DNA of 37,440 nt from a virus. Its lineage: Duplodnaviria > Caudoviricetes. Of this stretch, positions 26,216 to 37,100 are shown one piece after another (the first letter of the stretch is position 1; each line of letters begins with the position of its first letter). The stretch is from positions 1 to 37,440 of the IMG/VR virus record IMGVR_UViG_3300028633_000021, one strand, 5' to 3'. Both the position numbers and the translations under genes were made by a program. The notes under the pieces were generated by a model. That model did no database searches. It was not told the DNA's origin and saw only the letters and a list, made by a program, of their open reading frames with translations.

Positions 26216-27055
26216 ATGCCATTTGGATATGTTGCTGGCGGCGCCATTGTTGGTGGGCTGTTGACGGCCGACGCACCCGAGGCCGATCCGGCCGTGGGTC
26301 AAGCTGCGCGAGAAAACGCCGAAATTGCCGGCCGCTACGCCGACCTTGCCGAGGAGCAGTACGCCGATCAGCGCGAGCTGTTCAACGAGTACCGGCCGAT
26401 GCTGACGCAGCAGCTGGAAGGCTCGCTGCTGGACCAGCAGCAGAGCCGCGAGCGCGCCGACGATGCCTGGGCCAGCTACACGTCGACCTGGCGCCCGATC
26501 GAGCAAGACCTGGCGCAGCGCACGCAAGACCTGAGCAGCGCTTCGCGCGTGGAGCAGGAGGGCCAGCGCGCCGCCAGTGAGGCCACGACGCAGTACGACC
26601 GCGCCCGCACCGAGAACCAGCGCACGCTGGCTGCTGCCGGCGTGAGCCCCGAGAAGATGGCCGCGCTGGAGCGCTCCGGCCGGCTGATCGAGGCCAAGGG
26701 TGTTGCGGGTGCGGCATCGGGTGCGCGCCAGGCCCAGGAATCCCGCGCGCTGGGCTACCTGGACAACGCCGCGCGCTTCGGCCGCAACCAGACCAGCACC
26801 GGCCTGGCAGCGGCCGGGCTGGCCACGACCCAGGGCGCTGCGGTGCAGAGCGGGTACTCCAGCCTGGTGTCGGCCACCGCCGCACCTGCGGCAGGCGCTG
26901 CAAGCCTGTACTCCGGCGCCGTCAATGCAAACAGCAGCAGTGCAAACGCTGCGCTGGGCCTGTTCGGCGCGGAAAGCGCAACCTACCAGAACCAGATGGC
27001 CATGATCGGTGATTTGGCTGGCGCCGGGGCAATGGCCTACGGCATGAAGAAGTGA
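26216..27055 (+). CDS. DNA-ejection (pilot/internal virion) protein, 279 aa
   Basis: AAGGAGGA RBS, ATG at 26216; hydrophobic Gly-rich N- and C-termini around a Gln/Ala helical core. Confidence 0.65.
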   Translation: MPFGYVAGGAIVGGLLTADAPEADPAVGQAARENAEIAGRYADLAEEQYADQRELFNEYRPMLTQQLEGSLLDQQQSRERADDAWASYTSTWRPIEQDLAQRTQDLSSASRVEQEGQRAASEATTQYDRARTENQRTLAAAGVSPEKMAALERSGRLIEAKGVAGAASGARQAQESRALGYLDNAARFGRNQTSTGLAAAGLATTQGAAVQSGYSSLVSATAAPAAGAASLYSGAVNANSSSANAALGLFGAESATYQNQMAMIGDLAGAGAMAYGMKK

Positions 27056-27062
27056 GGCCAGC

Positions 27063-28142
27063 ATGGCGGGCTTGAACCTATCCGGCGCGGTGCGCAACTA
27101 CCAGCAGGGCGTGGAGTGGCGCCAGCAGCAAGACGAGATGGAGCGCCAGAAGGCGCAGCGGGCCATCATCGACGGCGCCAACCAGGCCGCCACCGGCGTC
27201 ATCGAGGCATCGAAAGCCGAGCGGGCGCTGGCCGGCGCGAAGGGTGAGTACAAGCCCAGCGACAAGACCATGCTCAAGGCCTTCGAGGCCCGCAGCATGG
27301 CGCTGGCCAAGGGCGGCGACTGGAACGCCTACGTGCAGAACGAAATCGCCGTGCAGCCGCACCGCCTGCGCGTGCGCGGCAATGCCCTGCAGGCCTACGA
27401 GGCCGACGGCGACTTCGGGAAGTTGATTCAGACGACCTACCCAACAATGTTCGACGGCAAGGAGATTGTCGGCATCGAGCGCGTGGGTGGCATGCCTTCG
27501 CTGGCGTCGATCGGCCGCGAGGCCACGCCGCTTTCGTACAAGGTCAAGCTCTCTGACGACACCGAGCGCGAGGTCAATCCCGAGCAGGTGGTGAAAGCCA
27601 TAAAGCTCTCGCTGGTGGACCCGGCAAAGACCGCCGAGCGCGAGATCGAGGAAAACTTTCTTCGCCTGAAGGCGCAGCTGGACCGGGACGCCAAGGTCGA
27701 TGTCGAGCGCACGAAGGGCGACGAGGAGCGCAAGACGCTGGGCGCGCGAGGCAAGCAGGACGTCGAACTCGAAGGCATCAAGGGCACGCAGGAGATCGCC
27801 CTTGAAAACGTCCGCTTCGGCAACCGCCGCACGCTGCAGAGGGAAGACAACAAGGCGGCGCTGGATCGCACGCTGGCCGGCGCCAAGCCTGACAAGCCCG
27901 AGAAAACCGGCGCTGCCGACAAGATCAAAGACACGAAGGCCGTTCACAACGAAGTGACCCGCGTGATGGGCGAGCAGGCCAACACGCTGATGGGCAGCGG
28001 TGGCCGCATCTCCAACGAGGACACGCTGAAGGTGTCGCGCTACGCCAAGGCCCTGATCGACAAGCAGGACATGGAGCCGGGTGACGCGATTCAACAGGCC
28101 ATCGACGAGTGGAAGAAGCGCCGCCCGGCGACCAAGAAATGA
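27063..28142 (+). CDS. Second ejection/internal virion protein, 359 aa
   Basis: Position between the pilot and the giant gene; charged helical protein; ATGA coupling downstream. Confidence 0.6.
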   Translation: MAGLNLSGAVRNYQQGVEWRQQQDEMERQKAQRAIIDGANQAATGVIEASKAERALAGAKGEYKPSDKTMLKAFEARSMALAKGGDWNAYVQNEIAVQPHRLRVRGNALQAYEADGDFGKLIQTTYPTMFDGKEIVGIERVGGMPSLASIGREATPLSYKVKLSDDTEREVNPEQVVKAIKLSLVDPAKTAEREIEENFLRLKAQLDRDAKVDVERTKGDEERKTLGARGKQDVELEGIKGTQEIALENVRFGNRRTLQREDNKAALDRTLAGAKPDKPEKTGAADKIKDTKAVHNEVTRVMGEQANTLMGSGGRISNEDTLKVSRYAKALIDKQDMEPGDAIQQAIDEWKKRRPATKK

Positions 28143-31100
28143 GCAAAGTCGACCCCGACGCCTACTTCGGCACGCCCACGCAGGGCGAGGCGCCGGCCAA
28201 GCCGCGCCGCAGCCTGAACCCCGACGACTACTTCGGGCCGCCCGCCGCGCCGCCCCCACCGCCGGAGCCCACGATGCTCGACAAGGCGCTGGGTGCGGCC
28301 AGCGATGCCCTGTCGAAGAAGGCCGAGCCGCCCCCGAAGCGCGAACGCCCGAAGCCGGCGGCGATGCCGTGGGAGCGCACGCCGGCGCAGGAGGCCAAGG
28401 TCCGGGCCGGCGACCAGCAGGACGACAGTGTGCTGGGCCGGCCGTCGCCCCACGCGCTGCCGCCTGAGCCGCTGATCGACCAGCGCGGTGCACCGCTGAA
28501 TGCCGAGGCCTTCGCCAGGCTGAAGAAGCAGATGGCCGCCATGCTGCGCAACGCGCGCGAGGCGCAGCTGGGCCGGCGTGACCTGCCGAACTGGATGCTG
28601 TCGGCGCTGACCGAGGCGAACCGGCAGATCAACCTGGACGACAAGGGCGCCGCGACCACCGGCGTCACCGGGCCCGACGCATCCGCCGAGGCCCGCGCCA
28701 GCACGCTGATCCAGGGCGGCATGCGCGGCGACGTGGCGCAGGGCGTCGGCCAGGTGCAGGCCGGCCAGGGTGGGCTGACGGTGCCGCCGGCGCAGGCCCG
28801 CACCGGTGCGCCGAGCCTGCTGACCGGCGAGGAAGAAGCCGCGAACGCCGCCACCGGCGCCGAGATGGCCAAGCGCAGCATCGGTGCGCGCGGCCTGTAC
28901 GCCGCGCAGGAGGGCCTGCTGGGCGCCACGGCCGGCGTCATGTCGGCCGCGCTGCGGGCCGCTGGCGATGACGAGGCGGCCAAGGTCTACGAGAAGGTCG
29001 GCCAGGGCGCCGCGGTGCGTGCGCAGGCCGCAGACGAGCTGACCGCCATGCGTGGCCGCGCAATGGGCCAGGGGATCATTCCCTCTGGCGCGCTGGGTGG
29101 TGCGGCCAACCACATGGAGAGCCTGGGGGTCGTTGCGGCCAACAGCCTGGGCCAGATGCTGCCGGGCCTGGTTGCCGGTATCGCCAGCGGCAACCCCGTG
29201 GTGGGCGTGACGCTGGCCGTGGCGCCGGTGTTCGGCCAGTCCTACGTGGCCAGGCGCGAAGCCGGTGGCTCGCCCGGTGTCAGCGCGGCCTACGCCGGCC
29301 TGATGACGGGCTTCGAGGCGCTGGGCGAGGCGATCGGCCTGGTGCCGATGGCCATTCGTGCCTTCAAGGCCAAGAACGCCGACGTCGACATCGCGGAGTT
29401 GCCGGCCAAGGTGGAGCGCTACATCCAGGCGCTGGAAAAGCGCGGCCTGGTGAACAAGACCGGCGGCAACATCCTGCGCTGGCAGGCCGGCGAGCATGCC
29501 GGCGAGCAGCTGACGTTTGCAGGCCAGTACCTGCTGGACGGCACGAAGCTGGGCCTGGACCAGGACATCACGCTGCGCGGCTACCTGGAGGGGGTGCGCG
29601 ACACCGCCATCACGACCGCGCTGGTGACGGGTGCGGTGCAGGCCGGCGTGACGGCGGCCAAGGGCGTTGTGGGGGGGCCGCGTGGAGGCGACCTTCAACG
29701 CGCCGGCGAGGCGGCTGATGCCGCCGAAAATGCGAAGCGGGCAGCCCTCGACAAATGGGCCACCCGTGGCTTGATCGGCGGCGCATCAAGCGACGGCTTG
29801 TTGATCCCGCCGCCCGCAACGGCTGCAGCCGACAACACGGCACAACCGGCAGTGAATGCAGGGGCTTCTGCACCCGCCGACGCCCCGCTGAGCGCCGACG
29901 ACCTGCTGGGCACGCCGCTGGACGAGGCCGCGCACGGCGCCGCCACCAGCCCGACCAACGACCGGCCCGAGCCGACCGAAGGCCAGAAAGAGGCCGGCAA
30001 CTACGCCAAGGGCCACATCAAGCTCGGCGGCCTCGACATCAGCATCGAGAACCCGCAGGGCTCGGTACGTCGCGGCGTGGACCCCGACGGCAACGAGTGG
30101 GCCAACACGCTGCAGTCGCACTACGGCTACATCCGTGGCACCGAGGGCGCCGACGGCGATCACGTCGACACCTTCATCAGGCCCGGCACGGCCGACGACT
30201 ACAGCGGCCCGGTGTTCGTCATCGACCAGCGCGACCCGAAGACCGGCAAGTTCGACGAGCACAAGGTGATGCTGGGCTTCGCCACGCCCGACGAGGCCGA
30301 GGCCGCCTACCGCGCGAACTACGCTCCCGACTGGCAGGGCCTGGGCTACCTGACCGGCATGGACATGCCGGCCTTCAAGGGCTGGGTCAAGGGTGGCGAC
30401 CACAAGATCCCCTTCTCGGTCGCTTTCAAGGAGACGAAGCGTGAGCAGCCTGACATGGCAGCGCCTGCCCCCGTGGCTGCTGGAACCCCTGCAGCAGGGG
30501 TGCCTGTCGCTGGCGGAAGCGGCGGAAATCTGGGATCACTGCCTGACGGGAACGGGCGAGTGGGCGGTGCTGCCCCCGCACCTGTTCCCGGCAGCGGAGC
30601 GCCTGGCCCTGTGGGAGATGCAGGCCATCCCAACGGTGCACTGAGCGACACGCCCGACTTCGAGACGACCTATCCGAAGCCGCTGGGCGGCAAGAACTCG
30701 GCCTTCAGCGGCCTGGACGGCGAGTACCTGGCGGGTGCCGTCAAGTCCACGCACGACCAGTTCGCCGGCGACATCGCCATCGACCTGCAGGTGGCGCGCA
30801 CGCTGCGCGAGGGCCTGGACCGCGACATCGACCCCGACACGGGCGCCGCCTTCACGCCCGAGCGCCGCAAGGAGGCCGAGGGCGACATTGCCGGCCGGAT
30901 CATGGAGATCGAGGGCACGCTGGGCGAGTACGCCAGCGAGTTCGGCGACGCCCACCGCGCCGCCTTCCAGGCCCGCGTGGCGCCCGACCTGGATGCGATG
31001 AGCAAGCCGACCACCGCGATGCCTGCTGTTGCGCAAGGGGTTGCGCCGCAAGGGGTTGCGCCTGCTGTTGCGCCCAAGTCGCAGCTTGAGCAGGAGGCCG

Positions 31101-34100
31101 AGGCTGCGCTGAACGACCTGGCCGAGGTGCTGGGCACGAAGAAGCCTGCAGCAGCGCCGGCCGCGCCGGCCGCAGAGCCACCCGCGGCCTGGACCACCAC
31201 CGAGTTCGCATCGCGCATCGAGAAGATGCTGGCCGAGCTGGAGGCCGCCGGCGCGCAGGGCATGGCCGACGCCATCCGCGCCGGCGTGACGATGGACGCC
31301 AAGGGCGGGCGCCTGAGCGAGGAGACGATCGCCTTCCGCGAGAGCGTCGCGCGCCGCGAGATGGCGCGCATGGCCACGGTCGACGGCAAGCGCCCCGAGG
31401 CAACCTACCCCAAGGAAACGGCCGACACCGTTGCGGCATCCGACAAGGCATCCGCCACGCTGCCGCGGCCGATCCTCGAAGCGGCCGCGACGCGCCTGAA
31501 CGAGCTGGGCCAGCAGTTGGCCGCGCTGGGCTTTGCCAGCGAAACCGAGGTCGACGGCAACGCGCCGCCCGATGCCCGCGACCTGGCCAGGCAGATGCGC
31601 AACGTGCGCACGTCGCTGATGGGCCTGGCGCCGCGCCGCTACATGCAGGCCGTGGGCCACAAGCGGTTCAAGCCCGACGCGCTGAACCGCGACGAGGACT
31701 TCGCTTCGCGCGTGCTGAACCTGGACACCCGGGCGCACCCGGGCGTCGACACGACCAACATCGTCGGCTTCAGCGGCGTGCGCGAGCGTGCCAAGCAGAA
31801 GGCCAAGCGCATCAGCACGTTCCCGAAGACGGTGAACGGCTCGACGCTGCTGGCCGGCATCAACGCGGCCGGCGGCATCTCCATCGAGCTGCTGCACGAC
31901 CTGAGCATGCGCCGCGAGATCGGCCTGAAGGACAAGAACGGCCGCAAGCGCATCACCTGGTTCAACCCGAGCGGCGGGAAGGGCAACAAGGGCCTGTTCC
32001 GCGAGGGCGGGATGAGCACCGACGAGATCGCCTGGTGGATGGAGGAGGGCGGCCACCTGGAGCCCGGCGCCACCGAGCGCGACTACAAGGATGCCGACGA
32101 GCGCGCCCGCGCGATGATCACGGCCGCGCTGAACCGCGAGGAGCCGAAGACGATCAGCGAGGTCGAGGACGATGCGCAGGCGTACAACGACGCCGAGCGC
32201 GAGGCTTACTATCGGGAGCAGGACGAGCAGCGCGCCCGCTACGAGCAGGAAGCCGACGACGCGGCGCAGAACTACTACGCTTCGCTGGACCCCGAGGCCG
32301 CCGCCGAGGCCGAGGCCGAGCGCGCGGCCATCATGTCCGAGAACGACATCTCGCTGGCCGAGATGAGCGAACTCGAAGATGCCGACATCGCCTGGGATGC
32401 GCCGGGCCTGGGCGGCATGGAGGGCATGCGGTCCAGCGGGCTGTTCACAGAGCAGGAGATTGCCGATGAAGAAGCCGCCGAGCGAGCTGCGCAAGCGAGC
32501 CGTGAAAAAGCTGTCGCAGATGGACCCGGCCGACCGGGAGCGGCTGCTGCGCCTGGAGCGGCTGCGGCGGGGGATGCCAGCGAAGGGTCAGACCAAGCGC
32601 TGAACGAGTCGCGGGAGCGCACCCAGCGCGCCGACGACCTGATTGCGAAGCTGACGGACGCGCAGGTCAAGGCCGTGGCCAAGCTGGTGGGCATGGACGC
32701 CACCCGCACCGTGCCGATGCTGCGCACGCTGCTGCTGACCCGCGACGCCCAGCAGGTGTTGGACGCCGTGCGCATGCTGCGCGGCCAGCCGAACGCGCCC
32801 ACCATCGCCGCACCGGCCAGCGAAGAACCACCGCTGCTGGAGTCCTACAGCGACGAAGACCTGAAGGCCCGCGCCGCGCGCGAGGCAGCGCTGAACGAGG
32901 TCGAGCGCGAGGAGCAGCGCAAGCTGGCCGCGCTGGCGGCCGCCGAGACGCGCCGCCGCAACAAGGCCGAAGAAGATGCGCGCGCCGCCCGGGTGCTGAA
33001 AGAGCGCGCCGACGCCGCGGTCGACGGCTTCGAGCTGGGCCAGGAGCCGCCGAGCGCCGTGGTCACGCCCGACGAGGTGGCAGGGCAGGGGAGCATCTTC
33101 GATGCGCCGGCCGAGCCTGCGCCGGCCTACGTGCCGAGCCCGGCCGAGGCTGCGCGGGCCAAGCACTTCACCGTCGGCAACGTGTTGAAGTCCTACGGCG
33201 GTGGCCACGACGAGGTGCTGTCGTACACGGCGCCGACCGAGCCGGGTGGTCGGTGGTCGGTGAAGGTCCACCCCGTCATCAAGGGTTCCGGCAGCCCCGA
33301 GTGGGTGCGCGTGGGCAAGCCGCAGGACGCGCGGCAGCATTCGACCGAGCCGACCGCCCGCGAGATGAAGGCGGGCCCGGCGGCCGGGCCGCTGATGCAC
33401 GTGCCCGGCGACATCGTGAGCTACACCGAGGGCCGCGCCGATGGCCGGCCGCACCCCAACGCACCCGACCGCGGCCTGAAGGCGCAAGACCCGCCGCGCC
33501 TGGCGCGCGGCCTGGCGCCCACCAACCTGGGCGCCAAGGTGCCGCCGCAGGTGCCGGTGGGCATTCCAGCGGGTATGGTCGCCTTCGGCGAGCCGTACTA
33601 CGTCGACGGCAGCTTGGTGCAGGGCTACGCTCAGTTCGCCAAGGGCCAGGTCGTGAAGCTGAAAGGCCTGGGCTCTGAAGCTACGATCTTGGAGGCCGCC
33701 AGCGCCGGGCCGAAGTTCACGCGATTCATCATCAAGACGGCGTTCGGCGAGCAGGCAGCCAATGCCAGCGAGCTTGAAGCTGCGGCCGCCCCACCGCCAC
33801 CCGCCCCAAGATTCAAGATCGGCGACAAGTTGATCTACCGCGGCGGCCCGGACTCACCGATCGCGTCCGGCGCACTGGTGACGATCAAGGCCGTGCGCAT
33901 GACTGCCGGCGGCCCGCTGTACGAGATTGATCCGCCTGGATTCGCGCCCGGCACAGTGGTGGCCTACGCCAACGAGCGCGAGCTTGCCCCGGAGGCTGCG
34001 CCACCCGCAAAGCGCAAGCCGAAGCCGCAGCGCAAGCCGCTGGAGGTGAGCGAAGGCGACACCGAGGAGATGCGGAAGGCCAAGGCCGACGCGCTGGCGG

Positions 34101-37100
34101 CGCTGGGCGACCTGGGCGACATTCTCTCCAAGGGCGCGCGCTTGAACATGACGCCCGAGCAGGAGCAGAAGCTGCTGCCGGTGCTGACGCGCCTGTTCGA
34201 TGCCGCGTTCCGCATGGGCTACCTGAAGTTCAAGCAGGCGGCCAAATGGGTGCTGGACACGATGGCCGCGCACCCGGCGCTGGGCAAGGAGGCGGTGGAC
34301 CTCATCACCATCGACCACCTGCAAGGCGCCTACATCACGATGTCGTCGCGGCACCGCGATGCGCCGGAAGGCAAGCGGCCCGACTCGAAAGTGGATGTGG
34401 TTTCGGTGGAGTCCAAGGACGAGATCGACGCCTACACTGACCAGCCGACCGAGGAGAGCGACGATGCTGCAGATCGACAGCCGAGTGTGGAACCAGATAG
34501 CCCCCCTGGCGCGCGACCCGGTGTGGCAGCGCCGGATGGCAATGCAGCACGAACCCCTGGTGGCCGAGCTGGAGGCAATGGCGGATCGGCTTCGCGCCCA
34601 GGGGGTGCCGTCGATCGTGGTCCTGGCGTACCAGCAGGCAGCCCCGCTGCTGCAGGAGCGCCCGGCGATTCAGTCGTTCCTGAAGACAAACCCGCAGTTC
34701 CGCGAGGCCCTGCCGGAAGTCCTGTCGGTGAACGAGGCAATCCTTTTGATGGTGAACGAGCACCACCTGACAGTCTCACAGACGAGGGTGTTGAGGAAGC
34801 TACTCGCCGAGACACCGCCGGCGTAATCGAGCGCGCGGCCCGCCAGCGCGCGGCCGAGAGCATCCCCGTCGTCCTGGGCGACGAGCAGAACGTCGCCAAC
34901 ACGCTGCCGATCTTGCTGCCGCTGCAGCAGGCCGATGTGCTGTTCGCGGAGGCGCGCTTCGCCGTCGAGGACGGCTACGGCGTGCTGTTCACCAACGGCA
35001 CGGGGACCGGGAAAACTGCGGTGGGCCTGGGCGTGGTCAAGCGCTTCGTCAAGCGCGGCAAGAAGAACGTGCTGATCCTTGCCCCGTCGCAGACCGTGGT
35101 GGATGCGTGGGTGAAGTTCGCCCCGCTGCTGGGCCTGAACGTCAACAAGCTGGCCAGCACCAAGGACCACGGAAACGGCGTCGTCATCACGACCTACGCC
35201 AACCTGCGCGACAACAACGCGCTCATCCGCCGCGAGTGGGATCTGCTGGTGTCCGACGAGGCGCAGGCGCTGAACCAGAACGCCGAGGGCGACCCGACCG
35301 AAGCCGCCCGCCGCTTCCGCGCGCTGTCGCTGCACCCCGACTCGGCCCGCGCCCGCACGGAGATGCGCTACCCCGACCTGGCCGCCGAGATCGCCGACCT
35401 CAACAAGAAGTACGAGGAGGCTGTCAAGGCCAAAAACGTCGTGGGCCAGCGCGTCATCGAGGCCAAGCTGCAACCCCTGGTCAAGCGCTTCCGCGCCTAC
35501 ATGGAGGTCGAGCAGGAGAAGCTGGACGTCAGCCAGGGTGCCGGCCGCACGCGCGCGCTGTTCCTCTCGGCCACGCCGTTCGCCTACGAGACGTCGGTGA
35601 AGTGGGCGCAGGGCTACCTGTTCGACTGGAACAAGGGCTTCACGCAGGGCACCGACTACAACTCGCCCGACGCCTACGGCAACTTCATGATCACCAACTT
35701 CGGGTGGCGCATGAGGACCGGCAAGCTCACGCAGCCCGACGAGCGCAAGGTCGATCGCGGGCTGCTGCAGCGCATGTTCAACACGCGCCTGAAGAACGAG
35801 GGCGTGCTGGCCGGGCGCATGCTCGAGGTCGAGCCCGACTACGACCGGCGCTTCGTGGCGGCGCAGTCGGGCCTGGGCCTGCGCATCGACCAGGCCTTCC
35901 AGTGGTTCTACGACACGCCGGCCGAGAGCCTGGGCGACCTGCCGGTGAACGAGGGCATCGACACGCCCGAGGGCAAGCTGCAGGCCATCCGCAGCGCCAT
36001 GCACAACGTGCGAGACGCGCTTTCCAAGCGCTTCGACTACCACACGCGCATGCGCCTGCTGGAGTCGCTGAAGGCCGAGGCTGCGGTGCCATACATCGAG
36101 GCGCAGATGGCCCTGGGCCGCAAGATCGTGGTCTTCCATGACCTGATTCAGGGGCAGACGCACGACCCGTTCGGTGTGCGCTTCAAGCCCGACCAGGCGC
36201 CGACCGAGGCCGCTGTGCTGGAGGCGTGGAAAGAGCCGTTCCGCGACCTGGTGGAGCGCAACTGGAACGTGCTCAAGTCGCCGATCGAGACGCTGGTGGA
36301 GGCCTTCGGGCCCGACGTCGACCTGCTGAACGGCACGCGCAGCGACAAGCAGCGCAAAGCGGCGCTGGAGCGCTTCAACAGCGACGACCAGGGTCCGATG
36401 GTGCTGGTGGTGCAGTCGGCGCTGGAGGCCGGCTGGAGCGGCCACGACACGACGGGCAAGCACCAGCGCGTGCTGATCAACCTCGGCCTGCCGGTGACGC
36501 CGACGCGCTCGATCCAGCAGGAGGGCCGCATCTACCGCGTCGGGCAGATGAGCGACGCCATCCTGCGCTACCTGAACACGCAGACGAACTGGGAGATGCA
36601 GGCCTTCGCGCAGACCATCGCGCGGCGCGCCAGCACCGCCGAGAACCTGGCAATGGGTGAGCAGGCCCGCGGGCTGCTGGCCAGCTACGTCGAGGCCTTC
36701 GAGGAAACCGGCGACTGGACGCCCGGCCACGAGGGCGAGGGCAAGGGCGGCAAGGCGCGAGATCGCGAGCTGGCCAAGGTCACGAGCGAGTGGGACCGCG
36801 CCAAGACGTTCTACTGGGCCAAGCTGAAGAAGACCGCCGCCACCAAGGCGCGCGAGGGCAAGGACTGGTTTGCCACGCCCGAGCCGCTGGGCCTGAAGAT
36901 GGTGCAGTGGCTGGACCTGCGCAGCGGCGAGACGAGCCTGGAGCCCAGTGCCGGCGACGGCGCCATCGCGCGCTGGCTGCCCGACTTCACCAAGCGCGTG
37001 GCGGTGGAGCCCAGCCCGACCCTGGCCCCGCGCCTGGCGCTGGTGTTCGATGGCAGCCTGAAGAACATTCCCTTCGAGGACTTGCACGTCACGAACAAGG

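Noticed and set aside
29682-29774. Possible fourth +1-frame nested ORF (30 aa) in a linker of the giant gene
   Set aside because: No GGAG-type RBS at the right spacing, very short, and weak codon bias.
29755-36660. Frame-1 ORFs inside the giant gene (29755-30444, 32035-32469, 33253-33678, 35107-36141, 36226-36660)
   Set aside because: Arg/Gly/Pro-rich off-frame readings expected from GC3 bias, unlike the three frame-3 ORFs with SD and normal codon use.
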